A DNA stretch of 54,082 nucleotides from Betaproteobacteria bacterium (GTDB taxonomy: Bacteria > Pseudomonadota > Gammaproteobacteria > Burkholderiales > UBA3065): NCBI GenBank assembly GCA_009923755.1, contig RFSW01000002.1, forward strand, positions 1 through 54,082, in the 5' to 3' direction. The translations under genes were made by a program, and so were the position numbers. Positions 1 to 12,017 of this stretch are shown here, piece after piece. The number at the start of each line of letters is the position of its first letter. Position 1 is the stretch's first letter. The notes beneath the pieces are model-generated. The model ran no database searches, was not told the DNA's origin, and saw only the letters and a list, made by a program, of their open reading frames with translations.

Positions 1-1365
1 CACCAGCGCGGTGCCACCCGGCGGCTCCATCATCGCGGCGGCCACGTCGAGACTGGCGATGATCGAATACTGCGGGCTGGTCGAGGTGTGCATCAGATAC
101 GCCTCGTTGAACACATCGCGGTCGAGCTGCACGTTCTCGGCGTCCTGCACCAGGATCTGGCTGGCTTGCGACAACCCGGCCAGCAACTTGTGGGTGGACT
201 GCGTGCTGAAGATCATCGAGTCCTTGCAACGCGGGCGGCCCTCGCCAATGGCGTGGTAATCGCCGTAGAAGTCGTGGAAGGCCGCGTGCGGCAACCAGGC
301 CTCGTCGAAGTGCAGCACGTCGATCTCGCCGTCAAGCATCTCCTTGAGCGTCTCAACGTTGTAGAGCACGCCGTCGTAGGTGCTCTGCGTGATGGTGAGG
401 ATGCGCGGACGGGTGTTCTCGGTCTCACGCGCAAACGGGTTGGCAGCGATCTTGGCGCGGATGTTCTCGGGCCGGAACTCGGCCAGCGGGATCGGGCCGA
501 TGATTCCGAAATGGTTACGGGTCGGCGTAAGGAACACCGGGATCGCGCCGCACATGATGATCGCGTGCAACACGCTCTTGTGGCAGTTGCGGTCTACCAC
601 CACCACGTCGCCAGGCGCCACGCTGTTGTGCCACACCATCTTGTTGCTGGTGCTGGTGCCATTGGTGACGAAATACAGGTGATCCGCGTTGAAGATGCGG
701 GCCGCGTTGCGCTCCGAGTCTGCCACCGGGCCGGTGTGGTCAAGCAGTTGGCCGAGTTCATCGACGGCGTTGCAGACGTCCGCGCGCAGCATGTTCTCAC
801 CGAAGAACTGGTGGAACATCTGCCCCACCGGGCTCTTGAGGAAAGCTACGCCGCCCGAGTGCCCGGGGCAGTGCCAAGAATAGGAGCCGTCCGCGGCATA
901 GTGGGTGAGCGCGCGGAAGAACGGCGGCGCCAGCGAGTCCATGTAGCTGCGCGCCTCACGCACCACGTAGCGGGCAATGAACTCGGGCGTGTCCTCGTAC
1001 ATATGGATGAAACCGTGCAGCTCACGCAGCACGTCATTGGGGATGTGCCGGCTGGTACGCGTCTCGCCATGCAGAAAGATCGGGATCTCGGCATTGCGAT
1101 GGCGGATCTCGCCGACGAAGGTCCGCAGTTCCCGGATGGTCTGCTCCTCTTCGTTGGCCAGCTCCTCGTCGTCGATCGAAAGGATGAAGGCCGAGGCGCG
1201 GCTCTGCTGCTGGGCAAAGGCCGTGAGGTCACCGAAGTTGGTGACGCCGATGGCCTCGATGCCCTCGTCGCCGATGGCTTTGGCCAGCGCGCGGATGCCG
1301 AGGCCGGACGCGTTCTCAGAACGGAAGTCCTCGTCGATGATGATGATCGGAAAATGAAAACGCAT
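1..1365 (-). CDS. Orn/Lys/Arg decarboxylase family protein (PLP-dependent; N-terminal 455 codons, gene runs off the left edge)
   Basis: Absent from the ORF track because there is no stop inside the window. Hand translation of the minus strand from ATG at 1363-1365 gives MRFHFPIIIIDEDFRSENASGLGIRALAKAIGDEG...SYSWHCPGHSGGVAF...FVTNGTSTSNK...FSTQSTHKLLAGLSQAS. This shows the wing domain and the PLP-lysine STHK motif of LdcC/SpeC/AdiA-type decarboxylases. The frame stays open to base 1. Confidence 0.85.
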   Translation of the reverse strand, partial: MRFHFPIIIIDEDFRSENASGLGIRALAKAIGDEGIEAIGVTNFGDLTAFAQQQSRASAFILSIDDEELANEEEQTIRELRTFVGEIRHRNAEIPIFLHGETRTSRHIPNDVLRELHGFIHMYEDTPEFIARYVVREARSYMDSLAPPFFRALTHYAADGSYSWHCPGHSGGVAFLKSPVGQMFHQFFGENMLRADVCNAVDELGQLLDHTGPVADSERNAARIFNADHLYFVTNGTSTSNKMVWHNSVAPGDVVVVDRNCHKSVLHAIIMCGAIPVFLTPTRNHFGIIGPIPLAEFRPENIRAKIAANPFARETENTRPRILTITQSTYDGVLYNVETLKEMLDGEIDVLHFDEAWLPHAAFHDFYGDYHAIGEGRPRCKDSMIFSTQSTHKLLAGLSQASQILVQDAENVQLDRDVFNEAYLMHTSTSPQYSIIASLDVAAAMMEPPGGTALV

Positions 1366-1514
1366 GGCGACGCTCCGCAAGGAGGGGTGCGGGTCCGGCG
1401 GTCAGGCCGGCGGCGGGAACTGCTTAGAAGAGGCGCGGATGATAGCGCAGGCAGGTGACCGTCAATACCATCAACGAGCGACGGACTGCCACGGCGCAAG
1501 TCGCGCCACGCCGC

Positions 1515-2489
1515 TCAGAACAGAACGTCGCGGGTGACGCGGTTGCGGCGCAGGATGACCTTGAGCTGCTTGAGCGCTTCGAGCTGGATTTGCCGCACGC
1601 GTTCGCGCGTCAGGTGCATGCGGCTGGCAAGTTCTTCGAGCGTGTAGACGTCGGCATCGTAGAGACCGTATCGATGGATGATGACCATCCGTTGCCGGTC
1701 GTTGAGCTCCGCCAGCCACTCGTGCATGTGATGCTCAAGCTCCTGGGTCTGAAGCAGGACATCGGGCGGCATGGCTTGCTCGTCGGGCACGGCATCGCCG
1801 ATGCTGAGAGAGGAATCGTCGTCCAGTGGCGCATCGAGTGACGCCATGCGCTCGTTGAGCTGGAGCATCCGACGCACCTCCTCGACCGAGCGGCCGAGCA
1901 GGTGGGCGACGTCGTCGGGCCGCGGCTCGACGCCGGTCTGCTGCTCAAGATGCCGGGCGGCCTTGAGCACGCCGTTGAGCTCCTTGATCACGTGCACTGG
2001 CAGGCGGATGGTGCGCGCCTGGTTCATGATGGCCCGCTCCACGTTTTGGCGGATCCACCAGGTCGCGTAGGTCGAAAAGCGGAAGCCGCGGTGCGGATCG
2101 AACTTCTCCAACGCGTGGATCAAACCAAGATTTCCCTCCTCGATCAGGTCGAGCAGGGGCAAGCCGCGGTTCATGTAGTGCTTGGCGATATTCACCACCA
2201 GCCGCAGGTTCTGCCGGATCATCCGCTCGCGTGCGATCGCATCACCCTGCAGCACGCGGCAGGCCAGCTCGAACTCTTCGGCCGGCGTCAGCAGCGGGCT
2301 GCGGCCGATCTCGTTCAGATACATCTGGGTGGTGTCGCTACCGAACTCCTCGGCAGCTGGCGAGCGCGTCTCGACGGCCGTTACCGCACCGCCCTCATCG
2401 GCTTCCCCATCCTCGGCGCACGCCTCAGCACGTTCGCTGATGGCGTCATCGTCAAGCTCGACCTCGTCGGCCCGCAGGGAATGGCGCAT
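1515..2489 (-). CDS. rpoS: RNA polymerase sigma factor RpoS (sigma-38)
   Basis: 324-aa track ORF. ATG at 2489 is preceded by GAGGAG. Acidic N-terminus, region 2 ([54 protein letters not shown]) and region 4 ([17 protein letters not shown]). It lies downstream of surE-pcm, the classical rpoS locus. Confidence 0.9.
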   Translation of the reverse strand: MRHSLRADEVELDDDAISERAEACAEDGEADEGGAVTAVETRSPAAEEFGSDTTQMYLNEIGRSPLLTPAEEFELACRVLQGDAIARERMIRQNLRLVVNIAKHYMNRGLPLLDLIEEGNLGLIHALEKFDPHRGFRFSTYATWWIRQNVERAIMNQARTIRLPVHVIKELNGVLKAARHLEQQTGVEPRPDDVAHLLGRSVEEVRRMLQLNERMASLDAPLDDDSSLSIGDAVPDEQAMPPDVLLQTQELEHHMHEWLAELNDRQRMVIIHRYGLYDADVYTLEELASRMHLTRERVRQIQLEALKQLKVILRRNRVTRDVLF

Positions 2490-2619
2490 GTACCGGCGCT
2501 CCTCGTAAGTGTGTCGCCGGTGTCATAGACAAAAACCGGACACCCTTTGTAACACTAGGGCGCCGGATAGTTTCCGTGCTAAACAAAAAAACCGGTGGCG
2601 TGCCTTTTGGACGCGAGTA

Positions 2620-3291
2620 CTAGCCAGTCCCGGCCAACAGCGGCACGAAGCGCACCGCATCCAGCGTCTGCTCATGCAAGGCGCCATCGGCACCGCGATC
2701 GATGATCCGCAGCGCTTGTTCCGTACCGCCCACCGGCATCACCAAGCGGCCGCCCACGGCGAGTTGCTCGAGCAAGGCCGGCGGCACTTGCACGCCAGCA
2801 GCGGCCACGGTGATGCCATGGAAGGGAGCCGCCTCCGGCAAGCCCAGCATGCCGTCGGCATGCTTGAAGCGCAGGTTGAGCAGGCGTAACTCACGCGCCG
2901 CCTTGCGCGCCCGTGCCTGCAACTCGCCGATGCGCTCCACCGAGTAGACCTCGGCGAACAGACGCGCCAACACCGCTGCCTGATAGCCGCAACCCGTGCC
3001 GACCTCGAGCACCTTACCGGCACCACGCTGCAACTCGGCGCCCTGGCGCAGCAGTTCCGCCATGCGCGCCACCACAAAGGGTTGCGAGATGGTCTGGCCG
3101 TGGCCGATGGGCAGGGCAGAATCCTCGTAGGCGCGGCTCGCCAGCGCCTCGTCGACAAAAATGTGGCGCGGCACCGACTGCATCACGCCCAGCACGCCCT
3201 CGTCGCCGATGCCCTGCTGGCGCAATCGCTCGATCATCCTCGTGCGCGTGCGCTCCGAGGTCATGCCGATGCCCGACAGACGCGAGCTCAT
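2620..3291 (-). CDS. pcm: protein-L-isoaspartate O-methyltransferase
   Basis: Track ORF 2620..3444 trimmed to ATG 3291, which overlaps the surE stop (ATGA). SAM-binding motif [16 protein letters not shown]. An alternative ATG at 3264 (MTSERTR...) is also possible. Confidence 0.88.
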   Translation of the reverse strand: MSSRLSGIGMTSERTRTRMIERLRQQGIGDEGVLGVMQSVPRHIFVDEALASRAYEDSALPIGHGQTISQPFVVARMAELLRQGAELQRGAGKVLEVGTGCGYQAAVLARLFAEVYSVERIGELQARARKAARELRLLNLRFKHADGMLGLPEAAPFHGITVAAAGVQVPPALLEQLAVGGRLVMPVGGTEQALRIIDRGADGALHEQTLDAVRFVPLLAGTG

Positions 3292-4040
3292 GCCTTGCGA
3301 CCGAGCCAGTCCCGGACCGCGGCCAGTTGACCGGTGTGCGTGAGGTCGAGCTGCAGTGGCGTGATGGCCACCCGCCCCTGCTCGACCGCGTAAAAATCGG
3401 TGCCCGGCCCGGCATCTGCGGCCGCACCGGCGGCACCGACCCAATACACCGTCTCGCCGCGCGGGTTGCGCGTCGGGATCACCGGCTCCGCCTTGTGTCG
3501 CTTGCCCAGACGAACCACCTCGGGCGGGCCAAGCCGCTCGTAGGGCAGATCAGGCACATTGACGTTGAGCAATACGGCATCGTCGGCTGGCGGCGCGTCG
3601 ATCCAATGCCGCACCAGATCCACCGCGACCCGCGCCGCGGCATCGAAGTTCGAACCGTTGCGCGACGCGAGCGACACGGCGATGGCCGGAATGCCGAGCA
3701 AGTACCCCTCGGTGGCGGCAGCCACGGTACCGGAATAGATGGTGTCGTCGCCCATGTTCGAGCCGGCATTGATGCCAGACACCACCACATCAGGAACGTG
3801 ATCAAGCAGTCCGGTGACGGCCAGGTGCACGCAGTCGGTCGGTGTGCCGTCGATGAAAAAGAATCCGCCCGGCGCTTGTCGCACCATTAGCGGACGGTCG
3901 AGGGTAAGCGAATTGGAGGCGCCGCTGCGGTCGCGCTCGGGCGCCACCACCGTGACCTCGCCAAGCTCGGACATCGCCCGTGCCAGTGCGATGATCCCCG
4001 GCGCAAAGTAGCCGTCGTCGTTGCTGATCAGGATACGCAT
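3288..4040 (-). CDS. surE: 5'/3'-nucleotidase SurE
   Basis: Track ORF 3288..4109 trimmed to ATG 4040 ([16 protein letters not shown]...). The 23 upstream codons in the track are translation of the tRNA-Pro gene. Confidence 0.92.
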   Translation of the reverse strand: MRILISNDDGYFAPGIIALARAMSELGEVTVVAPERDRSGASNSLTLDRPLMVRQAPGGFFFIDGTPTDCVHLAVTGLLDHVPDVVVSGINAGSNMGDDTIYSGTVAAATEGYLLGIPAIAVSLASRNGSNFDAAARVAVDLVRHWIDAPPADDAVLLNVNVPDLPYERLGPPEVVRLGKRHKAEPVIPTRNPRGETVYWVGAAGAAADAGPGTDFYAVEQGRVAITPLQLDLTHTGQLAAVRDWLGRKA

Positions 4041-4063
4041 CGGCGTGCCGCAGGTCCGTTGGA

Positions 4064-4141
<78 letters not shown>

Positions 4142-4152
4142 ACGAATTCACG

Positions 4153-4158
4153 ATTATA
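4153..4158 (-). promoter_or_regulatory. candidate -10 hexamer (perfect TATAAT) for tRNA-Pro
   Basis: Minus strand reads ...gctgtTATAATcgtgaattcgt|CGGGGCG. The hexamer ends 11 nt before the mature tRNA 5' end. No good -35 is visible. Confidence 0.35.
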
Positions 4159-4202
4159 ACAGCGCCCCGCCCGGCTGGCGGCCGACCCGACTGTGCGGCC
4201 GT

Positions 4203-4610
4203 CTACGCCTTGAGCAGGGCGCGGATGGCCAGTAATTCGGCGCGCAGCTCGGGCGCCAATGATGTGGGTGGCAGAAGGCCGACGGGTGCGGCCGCAACCC
4301 CGGCAGTGGTCGGCATCGGCGTCTCGACCCCGGCATCCGCACGTGCTGCCCCCATCAGTTGCTGCCGCGCGCCCTGGATGGTGAAGCCCTGTGCATACAG
4401 CAGTTCGCGGATCCGACGAATCAACAGCACTTCATGATGCTGGTAGTAACGTCGATTGCCGCGCCGCTTCACTGGCCGCAACTGGGAGAACTCTTGTTCC
4501 CAATAGCGCAGAACGTGCGCCTTGACACGGCACAGATCGCTCACCTCACCGATGGTGAAGTAGCGCTTGGCCGGGATCGGCGGGAGAGGGCTCAGGTCAA
4601 CCGGATGCAC
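4203..4610 (-). CDS. MerR family transcriptional regulator (conserved partner of ihfA)
   Basis: 135-aa track ORF. The start codon at 4610 is GTG and overlaps the ihfA end by 14 nt. HTH segment [42 protein letters not shown]. Confidence 0.85.
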   Translation of the reverse strand: MHPVDLSPLPPIPAKRYFTIGEVSDLCRVKAHVLRYWEQEFSQLRPVKRRGNRRYYQHHEVLLIRRIRELLYAQGFTIQGARQQLMGAARADAGVETPMPTTAGVAAAPVGLLPPTSLAPELRAELLAIRALLKA

Positions 4611-4899
4611 CTGCCGCTGCCTCGACCGCGGACTTCAGCTTCTGTGACGGGTGAAAGGTCACCACGCGCCGCGCACTGATAGGAATCTCTTCGCCAGTCT
4701 TAGGGTTGCGACCAGGCCGCTGGGCCTTGTCGCGCAACTGGAAATTGCCGAAACCGGACAGCTTGACGGTCTCGTTGGCCTCGAGCGCCGAGCGGATCTC
4801 CTCGAAGAACGCCTCCACCATGTCCTTGGCTTCACGCTTGTTGAGGCCCAGACGTTCGAACAGGAGTTCTGCAAGTTCCGCTTTGGTGAGGGTGGTCAC
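4597..4899 (-). CDS. ihfA: integration host factor subunit alpha
   Basis: Track ORF trimmed to GTG at 4899, preceded by GGGAG (gggagccggtaGTG). Product (M)[34 protein letters not shown]...[27 protein letters not shown], 100 aa. It lies directly after pheT. Confidence 0.92.
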   Translation of the reverse strand: MTTLTKAELAELLFERLGLNKREAKDMVEAFFEEIRSALEANETVKLSGFGNFQLRDKAQRPGRNPKTGEEIPISARRVVTFHPSQKLKSAVEAAAGASG

Positions 4900-4918
4900 T
4901 ACCGGCTCCCTGTGTGAG

Positions 4919-7297
4919 TCATTGTCGGAGAGATGCGCCGACCGCCGAGGCAAGACGTTCGACCACGGCATTCACCACGGCCTCGATCTCGTTGTCGGTG
5001 AGGGTCTTGCGAGTATCTTGGATGGTCATCGCAATGGCAAGGCTTTTCTTACCAGATTCAATGCCTTGCCCCCGATAGATATCAAAGGGCACGATCTCGG
5101 TGAGGTGGTCGATGGCTGGACTCGCGATGGCACTGGCGATCTGCCGCCACTGCACGGCCTCCTCCACCACGACGGCAAGGTCGCGCCGCACCGCGGGGGT
5201 CCGCGCCGGTGCGAGAGCCTCCCGAGCCGCGACACGCGGCAGTGCCCCCAGGTCGATCTCGAACATCACCGGGGCACGACCGAGCTCCATCGCCTGCACA
5301 TGTCGCGGATGCAACTCGCCAATCCAGCCGATATCCCGGCCCTCCACGTAGAGCCGCGCAGCACGGCCCGGGTGCAAGGCTGCATGGCCCGCCCAGGGTT
5401 CGGCTGCAAGCGCGTGCGGCGCCAGCAGAGCTTCAAGGTCGGCTTTAGCGTCGAAGAAGTCGACCGGCCGTGCCGGTGTGCCCCACTGCTCATCTGTTGC
5501 GCCACCCCAAGCCAGACCACCCAGTCGCTCGGGCTGCATCGCTGTGCCGTCAGCAGCGCGTTCCTCGAGGCCGAGGAACACCCGCCCGCGCTCGAAGATG
5601 CGTACGCGCGGCTGGCGGTGCGCGACGTTGCCACGCAGCACGCCGAGCAACCCGGCCAGCAGGCTCGAGCGCATCACCGCCATCTGGCGGGCGATCGGGT
5701 TGGCGAGACGCACCGGCGCCGGATTGCCGTGCAGATCGGTTTCGTCCGTCTCGTCGATGAACGAATAAGTGATCACTTCCTGGTAGTCGCGCAAGGCGAG
5801 GCGCGCGGCCGGACTGGCCAACTTGAGCACCGACTCGCCGCGCGGCGGCATGTCGAGACTCGCCCGCGGCGCACGCACTGGCACCTGCTGGTAACCGTGA
5901 ACCCGCACCAACTCCTCGATCAGATCTTCTTCGATGGCAAGGTCAAAGCGGTGGGGCGGCACCGTCACCGTCCAGGCCTCGCCATTTCTCTGGTGCGCGA
6001 GCCCAAGGCGGTCGAGGATGCCAGTGATGGCCTTGCCGCCTAGACACACGCCGATCACGGCGTCGGCACGAGCCTCGCGCAGACGCACGGTGGCGCGCGG
6101 CGGCAGCGCTGCGCAGGCGGCCGTCACCGGGCCGGCCGTTGCCCCGGCGAGCTCCACCAGCAGCTGGCTCGCGCGCGCCATGGCGCGCTCGGGCAGGGTC
6201 GGATCGACACCGCGCTCGAAGCGATGCGCCGCCTCACTGCTCACGTTGAGACGCCGCGCGCGACCGGCGATGACGCCCGGCACGAAGTGTGCACTCTCCA
6301 AAAAAACAGCCGTGGTGGCATCACTCACGGCCGAATGCGCGCCCCCCATCACGCCCGCCACCGCCTGCGGGCCGTTGGCGTCGCTGATGACGAGAAACGA
6401 GGGATCGAGCGCCGCAGGGCTGCCCGTCAGCAGGGTCAGCGTCTCGCCAGCGACCGCCCGGCGCACACGGATGTCACCCTGCAGGTGCGCAAGGTCGAAG
6501 GCATGCAAGGGCTGACCGAGTTCGAGCATCACATAGTTGGTGATGTCGACCAGCAGCGAGACACAGCGCTGGCCGGCACGCTCGATGCGGCGGCGCATCC
6601 AGAGCGGCGTGCGCGCGGTCGGATCGATGCCGGTGAACACCCGGCCGAGGTAGGCCGGACAGTCGGCAACCGACTCCACCGAGACGCCGCGCACCGCCTG
6701 ATGCGTCGCCGGCGGGTCTTGCAGCGGCATCGCCTCAACGCGCTCGCCGCTGAGCGCGGCCACTTCCCGCGCCAGCCCGGCGATGCTCAAACAGTCGCCG
6801 CGGTTGGGGGTGAGTTTGAGTTCGATCACCGTATCGGCCAGATCGAGGTATTGGCGAACGTCGGCACCCACCGGCGCGTCGGCCGGCAGTTCGAGCAGCC
6901 CGGCAGCCTCCGCCGAGACGCCCAACTCCTTGGCCGAGCACAGCATGCCGGAGCTCTCCACACCGCGCATCTTCGCCGTGCCGATCTCCATACCCCCCGG
7001 CAGCTTGGCGCCGACCACCGCCAACGGCGCCTTGAGGCCGAGTGCAGCATTGGGTGCGCCGCAGACGATGGTCAGCGGCTTGTCCGCGCCACAGGCCACT
7101 TGGCACACACGCAGGCGATCGGCGTCGGGGTGCGGCGCGATGGCGACGATCTCGCCCACCACCACACCACTAAAGCCTGGCGCGGCCGGCTCCAACGACT
7201 CCACTTCAAGCCCGGCCATGGTCAGCAGGTCGGCCAGCGCCTCGGTGCCGCCCTGCGGCGAGACCCACTGGCGCAGCCAGGTTTCGGAGAACTTCAT
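4919..7297 (-). CDS. pheT: phenylalanine--tRNA ligase beta subunit
   Basis: 792-aa track ORF, ATG at 7297. N-terminus [12 protein letters not shown], with tRNA-binding, B3/4, B5 and FDX-ACB-like segments. It follows pheS. Confidence 0.95.
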   Translation of the reverse strand: MKFSETWLRQWVSPQGGTEALADLLTMAGLEVESLEPAAPGFSGVVVGEIVAIAPHPDADRLRVCQVACGADKPLTIVCGAPNAALGLKAPLAVVGAKLPGGMEIGTAKMRGVESSGMLCSAKELGVSAEAAGLLELPADAPVGADVRQYLDLADTVIELKLTPNRGDCLSIAGLAREVAALSGERVEAMPLQDPPATHQAVRGVSVESVADCPAYLGRVFTGIDPTARTPLWMRRRIERAGQRCVSLLVDITNYVMLELGQPLHAFDLAHLQGDIRVRRAVAGETLTLLTGSPAALDPSFLVISDANGPQAVAGVMGGAHSAVSDATTAVFLESAHFVPGVIAGRARRLNVSSEAAHRFERGVDPTLPERAMARASQLLVELAGATAGPVTAACAALPPRATVRLREARADAVIGVCLGGKAITGILDRLGLAHQRNGEAWTVTVPPHRFDLAIEEDLIEELVRVHGYQQVPVRAPRASLDMPPRGESVLKLASPAARLALRDYQEVITYSFIDETDETDLHGNPAPVRLANPIARQMAVMRSSLLAGLLGVLRGNVAHRQPRVRIFERGRVFLGLEERAADGTAMQPERLGGLAWGGATDEQWGTPARPVDFFDAKADLEALLAPHALAAEPWAGHAALHPGRAARLYVEGRDIGWIGELHPRHVQAMELGRAPVMFEIDLGALPRVAAREALAPARTPAVRRDLAVVVEEAVQWRQIASAIASPAIDHLTEIVPFDIYRGQGIESGKKSLAIAMTIQDTRKTLTDNEIEAVVNAVVERLASAVGASLRQ

Positions 7298-7324
7298 ACC
7301 TTGGAAACCCTCATGGCGCGGCCC

Positions 7325-8790
<1,466 letters not shown>

Positions 8791-8802
8791 GTCGTGATCT
8801 CC

Positions 8803-9000
8803 TTACGCGTAGGGGAGCATGGCACGCACGCTCTTGATGTTGGTGTCGTGAACCAGCGAGGTGCCGCGCAGCTGACGCTTACGCTTGGTCGCCTTCTTGG
8901 TCAGGATGTGGCGCAAAAACGCTTGGCTGCGCTTGACGGCGCCGCTGCCAAGCGTACGAAAGCGCTTCTTCGCACTGCTCTTGGTCTTCATCTTGGGCAT
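8803..9000 (-). CDS. rpmI: 50S ribosomal protein L35
   Basis: Track ORF trimmed to ATG 9000 ([24 protein letters not shown]...), 65 aa. Confidence 0.95.
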   Translation of the reverse strand: MPKMKTKSSAKKRFRTLGSGAVKRSQAFLRHILTKKATKRKRQLRGTSLVHDTNIKSVRAMLPYA

Positions 9001-9117
9001 ATCTGCTCCCTTGACCCTTTTCGGGCCGTTTGTTTTAAACCGCGCCGGGTGGTCTGGCGACACTTGTAAACCCGGACACGCCTTGTTCGGGGCCGAGGCC
9101 CCACTGCCACCCGCGCG

Positions 9118-9639
9118 CTACTGCTTGCGCTTGGGCGCAACCACCATAATCATCTGGCGGCCTTCAAGCTTCGGGAACTGCTCCACCAGCGCGACCTCCA
9201 CGAGATCGTCGCGGATACGTTCCAGCAAACGCACACCGAACTCTTGGTGCGCCATCTCCCGACCCCGGAAGCGCAACGTGACCTTTGCCTTGTCGCCCTC
9301 TTCCAGGAAGCGCAACAAGTTGCGCAGCTTGATCTGGTAGTCCCCTTCGTCGGTGCCGGGCCGGAATTTGACCTCCTTGACCTGCACCTGCTTCTGTTTG
9401 AGCTTGGCTTCGTGCCGCTTCTTGCTTTCGCGGTACTTGAACTTGCCAAAATCCATCAACCGGCACACCGGAGGTTCGGCGGTCGGTGCGATTTCGACGA
9501 GATCGGTGTCCCCCTCTTCCGCCAACTGCATGGCGGCGTCCAGCGAAACGATGCCCAGCTGCTCGTTATCAACGCCGATCAGACGCACTTGGCGTGCGGT
9601 GATCTCACCGTTGATGCGCATGTCTTTTTCTTGCGCGAT
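9118..9639 (-). CDS. infC: translation initiation factor IF-3 (probable non-canonical ATC start)
   Basis: The track ORF starts at an internal ATG (9621, [16 protein letters not shown]). The frame is open upstream, and an in-frame ATC at 9637-9639 lies 9 nt after GGAG (9649-9652). This gives (M)[12 protein letters not shown]. infC is known to use a non-AUG (AUU-class) start. Confidence 0.88.
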   Translation of the reverse strand: MAQEKDMRINGEITARQVRLIGVDNEQLGIVSLDAAMQLAEEGDTDLVEIAPTAEPPVCRLMDFGKFKYRESKKRHEAKLKQKQVQVKEVKFRPGTDEGDYQIKLRNLLRFLEEGDKAKVTLRFRGREMAHQEFGVRLLERIRDDLVEVALVEQFPKLEGRQMIMVVAPKRKQ

Positions 9640-9671
9640 GTCTAACGTCTCCTGAAAAAGTGATTGCCGCT

Positions 9672-11585
9672 CTAGGTACGCCCGGACACGGACGTCCCGA
9701 GCATCTCGACCAGCCCATCAAGGCTCATCGACCCGAGGTCCGCGCCGCCGCGACCGCGAACGGCAAGTGTTTGTGAAGCCACTTCTTTATCGCCCACCAC
9801 CACCATAAACGGCAGCTTCTGCAGGCTGTGTTCGCGGATTTTATAGCCGATCTTCTCGTTCCTCAAGTCCAGCTCGACACGAAAGCCTTTTTCTTTCAAA
9901 CGGCTGGCTGTGGCGCTGGCGTAGGCTGCCTGACCTTCGGAGATATTCAGCACCGCCAGCTGTACCGGGGCGAGCCAGGTCGGGAAGGCGCCGGCATAGT
10001 GTTCGATGAGGATGCCGAGAAAGCGCTCCATGCTGCCGACGATGGCGCGGTGGAGCATGACTGGGCGCTTGCGCGTGTTGTCCTCGTCGACGAACTCGGC
10101 ATCGAGGCGCTCCGGCAGGTTGAAGTCAAGCTGGATGGTGCCGCACTGCCAGAGGCGCCCCAGCGAATCCTTGAGCGTGAATTCGATCTTGGGGCCGTAA
10201 AAGGCACCCTCGCCCGGCTGCAGGTCAAAGGCCAGACCATTGGCGCGCAGCGCGGCGTCGAGTGCGGCCTCGGCGCGATCCCAGGTCTCATCCGAGCCGA
10301 CGCGCTTGGCCGGGCGGGTCGAGAGCTTGACCAGCACGTCCTCAAAGCCAAAGTCGGCGTAAACCGCCTGCAGCATGACGATGAAGTCGGCGACCTCGGC
10401 CTCGACCTGGTCCTCGCGGCAAAAGATATGGGCATCGTCTTGGGTGAAGGCCCGCACGCGCATCAGGCCATGCAGCGCACCCGAGGGCTCGTTGCGGTGA
10501 CACGAACCGAACTCGGCCAGACGCAGCGGCAGATCGCGATAGCTGTGCAAGCCGCTATTAAAGATCTGCACGTGGCCCGGACAGTTCATCGGCTTGACCG
10601 CGTAATCGCGGTTCTCGGACGCCGTGGTGAACATGTTGTCGCGGTAGTTCTCCCAGTGGCCGGACTTCTCCCACAGGGTGCGGTCCATGACGGTGGGCGT
10701 GCGCACTTCTTGGTAGTCGTATTCGACAAACTTGTGGCGCATGTACTGCTCGACCTGCTGCCACAGCATCCAGCCCTTGGGGTGCCAGAACACCATGCCG
10801 GGCGCCTCGTCCTGCATGTGAAAGAGGTGCAGCGCGCGGCCGAGGCGGCGATGGTCGCGCTTCTCGGCCTCTTCCAGGCGGTGGAGGTAGGCATCGAGGT
10901 CTTCCTTGCGCAGCCAGGCGGTGCCATAGATGCGCTGAAGCATCGCGTTGCGGTGATCGCCACGCCAGTAGGCACCGGCCAGCTTCATCAGCTTGAAGGC
11001 CTTGGGCAGCTTGCCGGTGGAGGGCAGGTGCGGGCCGCGGCAGACATCGAACCAATCGCCCTGGCGGTAGATGCTCAGCGCCTCGCCCGGCTTGATGATG
11101 TCCTCGATGATCTCGACCTTGTACGTCTCGCCGATGGCAGCAAAGGTCTCGCGCGCCACTTCGCGGCTCATCACCTCGCGCACAATGGGCAGGTCGCGCT
11201 GCACGATCTCGCCCATGCGCGCCTCGATGCGCTCGAGGTCCTCCGGCGTAAAGGGCTCGCTGCGTGCGAAGTCGTAGTAGAAGCCGTCCTCGATCGCCGG
11301 GCCGATGGTCACCTGGGTGCCCGGGTAAAGCTCCTGCACCGCCTGCGCCATGATGTGGGCGGCGTCATGGCGGATCAGCTCCAGCGCGTCGTCATCTTTG
11401 GCGGTGACAATGGCCAGGCTGGCGTCACGCTCGATGCAGTGGCTGATGTCGACCAGCTGGCCGTCGACGCGGCCGGCCAGCGCGGCCTTGGCAAGGCCGG
11501 CGCCGATGCTCGCGGCGACCTCGGCCACTGTGACCGGGTTGTCGAACCGACGGACCGAACCGTCGGGCAGGGTGATGCTCGGCAT
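9672..11585 (-). CDS. thrS: threonine--tRNA ligase
   Basis: Track ORF trimmed to ATG 11585 ([27 protein letters not shown] domain), preceded by GGAG. The upstream track codons translate tRNA-Val. 637 aa. Confidence 0.96.
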   Translation of the reverse strand: MPSITLPDGSVRRFDNPVTVAEVAASIGAGLAKAALAGRVDGQLVDISHCIERDASLAIVTAKDDDALELIRHDAAHIMAQAVQELYPGTQVTIGPAIEDGFYYDFARSEPFTPEDLERIEARMGEIVQRDLPIVREVMSREVARETFAAIGETYKVEIIEDIIKPGEALSIYRQGDWFDVCRGPHLPSTGKLPKAFKLMKLAGAYWRGDHRNAMLQRIYGTAWLRKEDLDAYLHRLEEAEKRDHRRLGRALHLFHMQDEAPGMVFWHPKGWMLWQQVEQYMRHKFVEYDYQEVRTPTVMDRTLWEKSGHWENYRDNMFTTASENRDYAVKPMNCPGHVQIFNSGLHSYRDLPLRLAEFGSCHRNEPSGALHGLMRVRAFTQDDAHIFCREDQVEAEVADFIVMLQAVYADFGFEDVLVKLSTRPAKRVGSDETWDRAEAALDAALRANGLAFDLQPGEGAFYGPKIEFTLKDSLGRLWQCGTIQLDFNLPERLDAEFVDEDNTRKRPVMLHRAIVGSMERFLGILIEHYAGAFPTWLAPVQLAVLNISEGQAAYASATASRLKEKGFRVELDLRNEKIGYKIREHSLQKLPFMVVVGDKEVASQTLAVRGRGGADLGSMSLDGLVEMLGTSVSGRT

Positions 11586-11628
11586 GCAGGACAAGGCTCC
11601 AAGCCGCCGGGTGCGAACATCCAGCGAC

Positions 11629-11657
11629 AAAAAAACAAAAGCGCGGACGGGCCGCGC
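11629..11657 (-). terminator. rho-independent terminator between tRNA-Val and thrS
   Basis: Minus strand reads GCGCGGcccgtCCGCGCTTTTGTTTTTTT. An all-GC 6-bp stem with a 5-nt loop is followed by an 11/12 T run. It starts 22 nt after the tRNA 3' end and ends 43 nt before the thrS ATG. Confidence 0.6.
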
Positions 11658-11678
11658 GCGGGGTGTTGAAGCGAACCG

Positions 11679-11755
11679 TGGTAGGCGCGATTGGATTCGA
11701 ACCAACGACCCCCACCATGTCAAGGTGGTGCTCTAACCAACTGAGCTACGCGCCT
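11679..11755 (-). tRNA. tRNA-Val (anticodon GAC)
   Basis: Minus strand reads AGGCGCGTAGCTCAGTTGGTTAGAGCACCACCTTGACATGGTGGGGGTCGTTGGTTCGAATCCAATCGCGCCTACCA. Acceptor stem AGGCGCG/CGCGCCT, anticodon stem CCACC/GGTGG with loop UUGACAU, encoded CCA. Confidence 0.93.
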
Positions 11756-11916
11756 GCCGTTGTTGCGGCCGGCAGTCTATCACCGCATCGGCGACTTATC
11801 CACCGCAGCCAGAGCCGTCAACACGGTGCGGCGGGACGACACCAGGCTGATGCGTCGTTGCTACGTAAATGCTTGCGACGTCATCCAAATCCACCGACCG
11901 ACCTGTCAAGTTTTTT

Positions 11917-11931
11917 GCCCAAAATTTGGGC
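11917..11931. repeat. perfect 7-bp-arm palindrome GCCCAAA-A-TTTGGGC, function unknown
   Basis: Read directly from the sequence. It is preceded by a T6 run and lies in the 320-bp spacer between tRNA-Val and the TPR gene. Confidence 0.9.
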
Positions 11932-11996
11932 GGCCCAAGGTCGTCATATGTCATTACGATTAAGCCCATCGCGGATCGGCTGGCTATGCACAAACT

Positions 11997-12017
11997 TGTC
12001 CACAATTTTTGTGGACA
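11997..12017. repeat. perfect 9-bp-arm inverted repeat TGTCCACAA-TTT-TTGTGGACA (each arm resembles a DnaA box), function unknown
   Basis: Read directly from the sequence. It lies 23 nt upstream of a TACAAT hexamer (12040-12045) and about 60 nt upstream of the TPR-gene ATG. Confidence 0.9.

Noticed and set aside
88-1458. A 456-aa plus-strand track ORF covering the left end of the window.
   Set aside because: It is the in-register antisense shadow of the real minus-strand decarboxylase gene. That gene has clear family motifs but is missing from the track because it lacks a stop inside the window.
1439-1465. A TTGACG...TATCAT pair on the minus strand upstream of the decarboxylase gene, considered as a sigma-70 promoter.
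   Set aside because: The spacer is only 15 nt, outside the usual 16-18 nt range. The pair is too weak to report as a feature.
9828-11669. Long plus-strand ORFs opposite thrS (613 aa). Similar cases lie opposite dnaE2 (31710..33290, 526 aa), pheT (4706..6043 and 6224..7351), prlC (37214..38503), amtB (38823..40241) and cyoE (50510..51916).
   Set aside because: These have the same GC3-driven antisense-shadow explanation. Their composition is typical of reverse-complemented coding DNA, and the opposite-strand genes are unambiguous.
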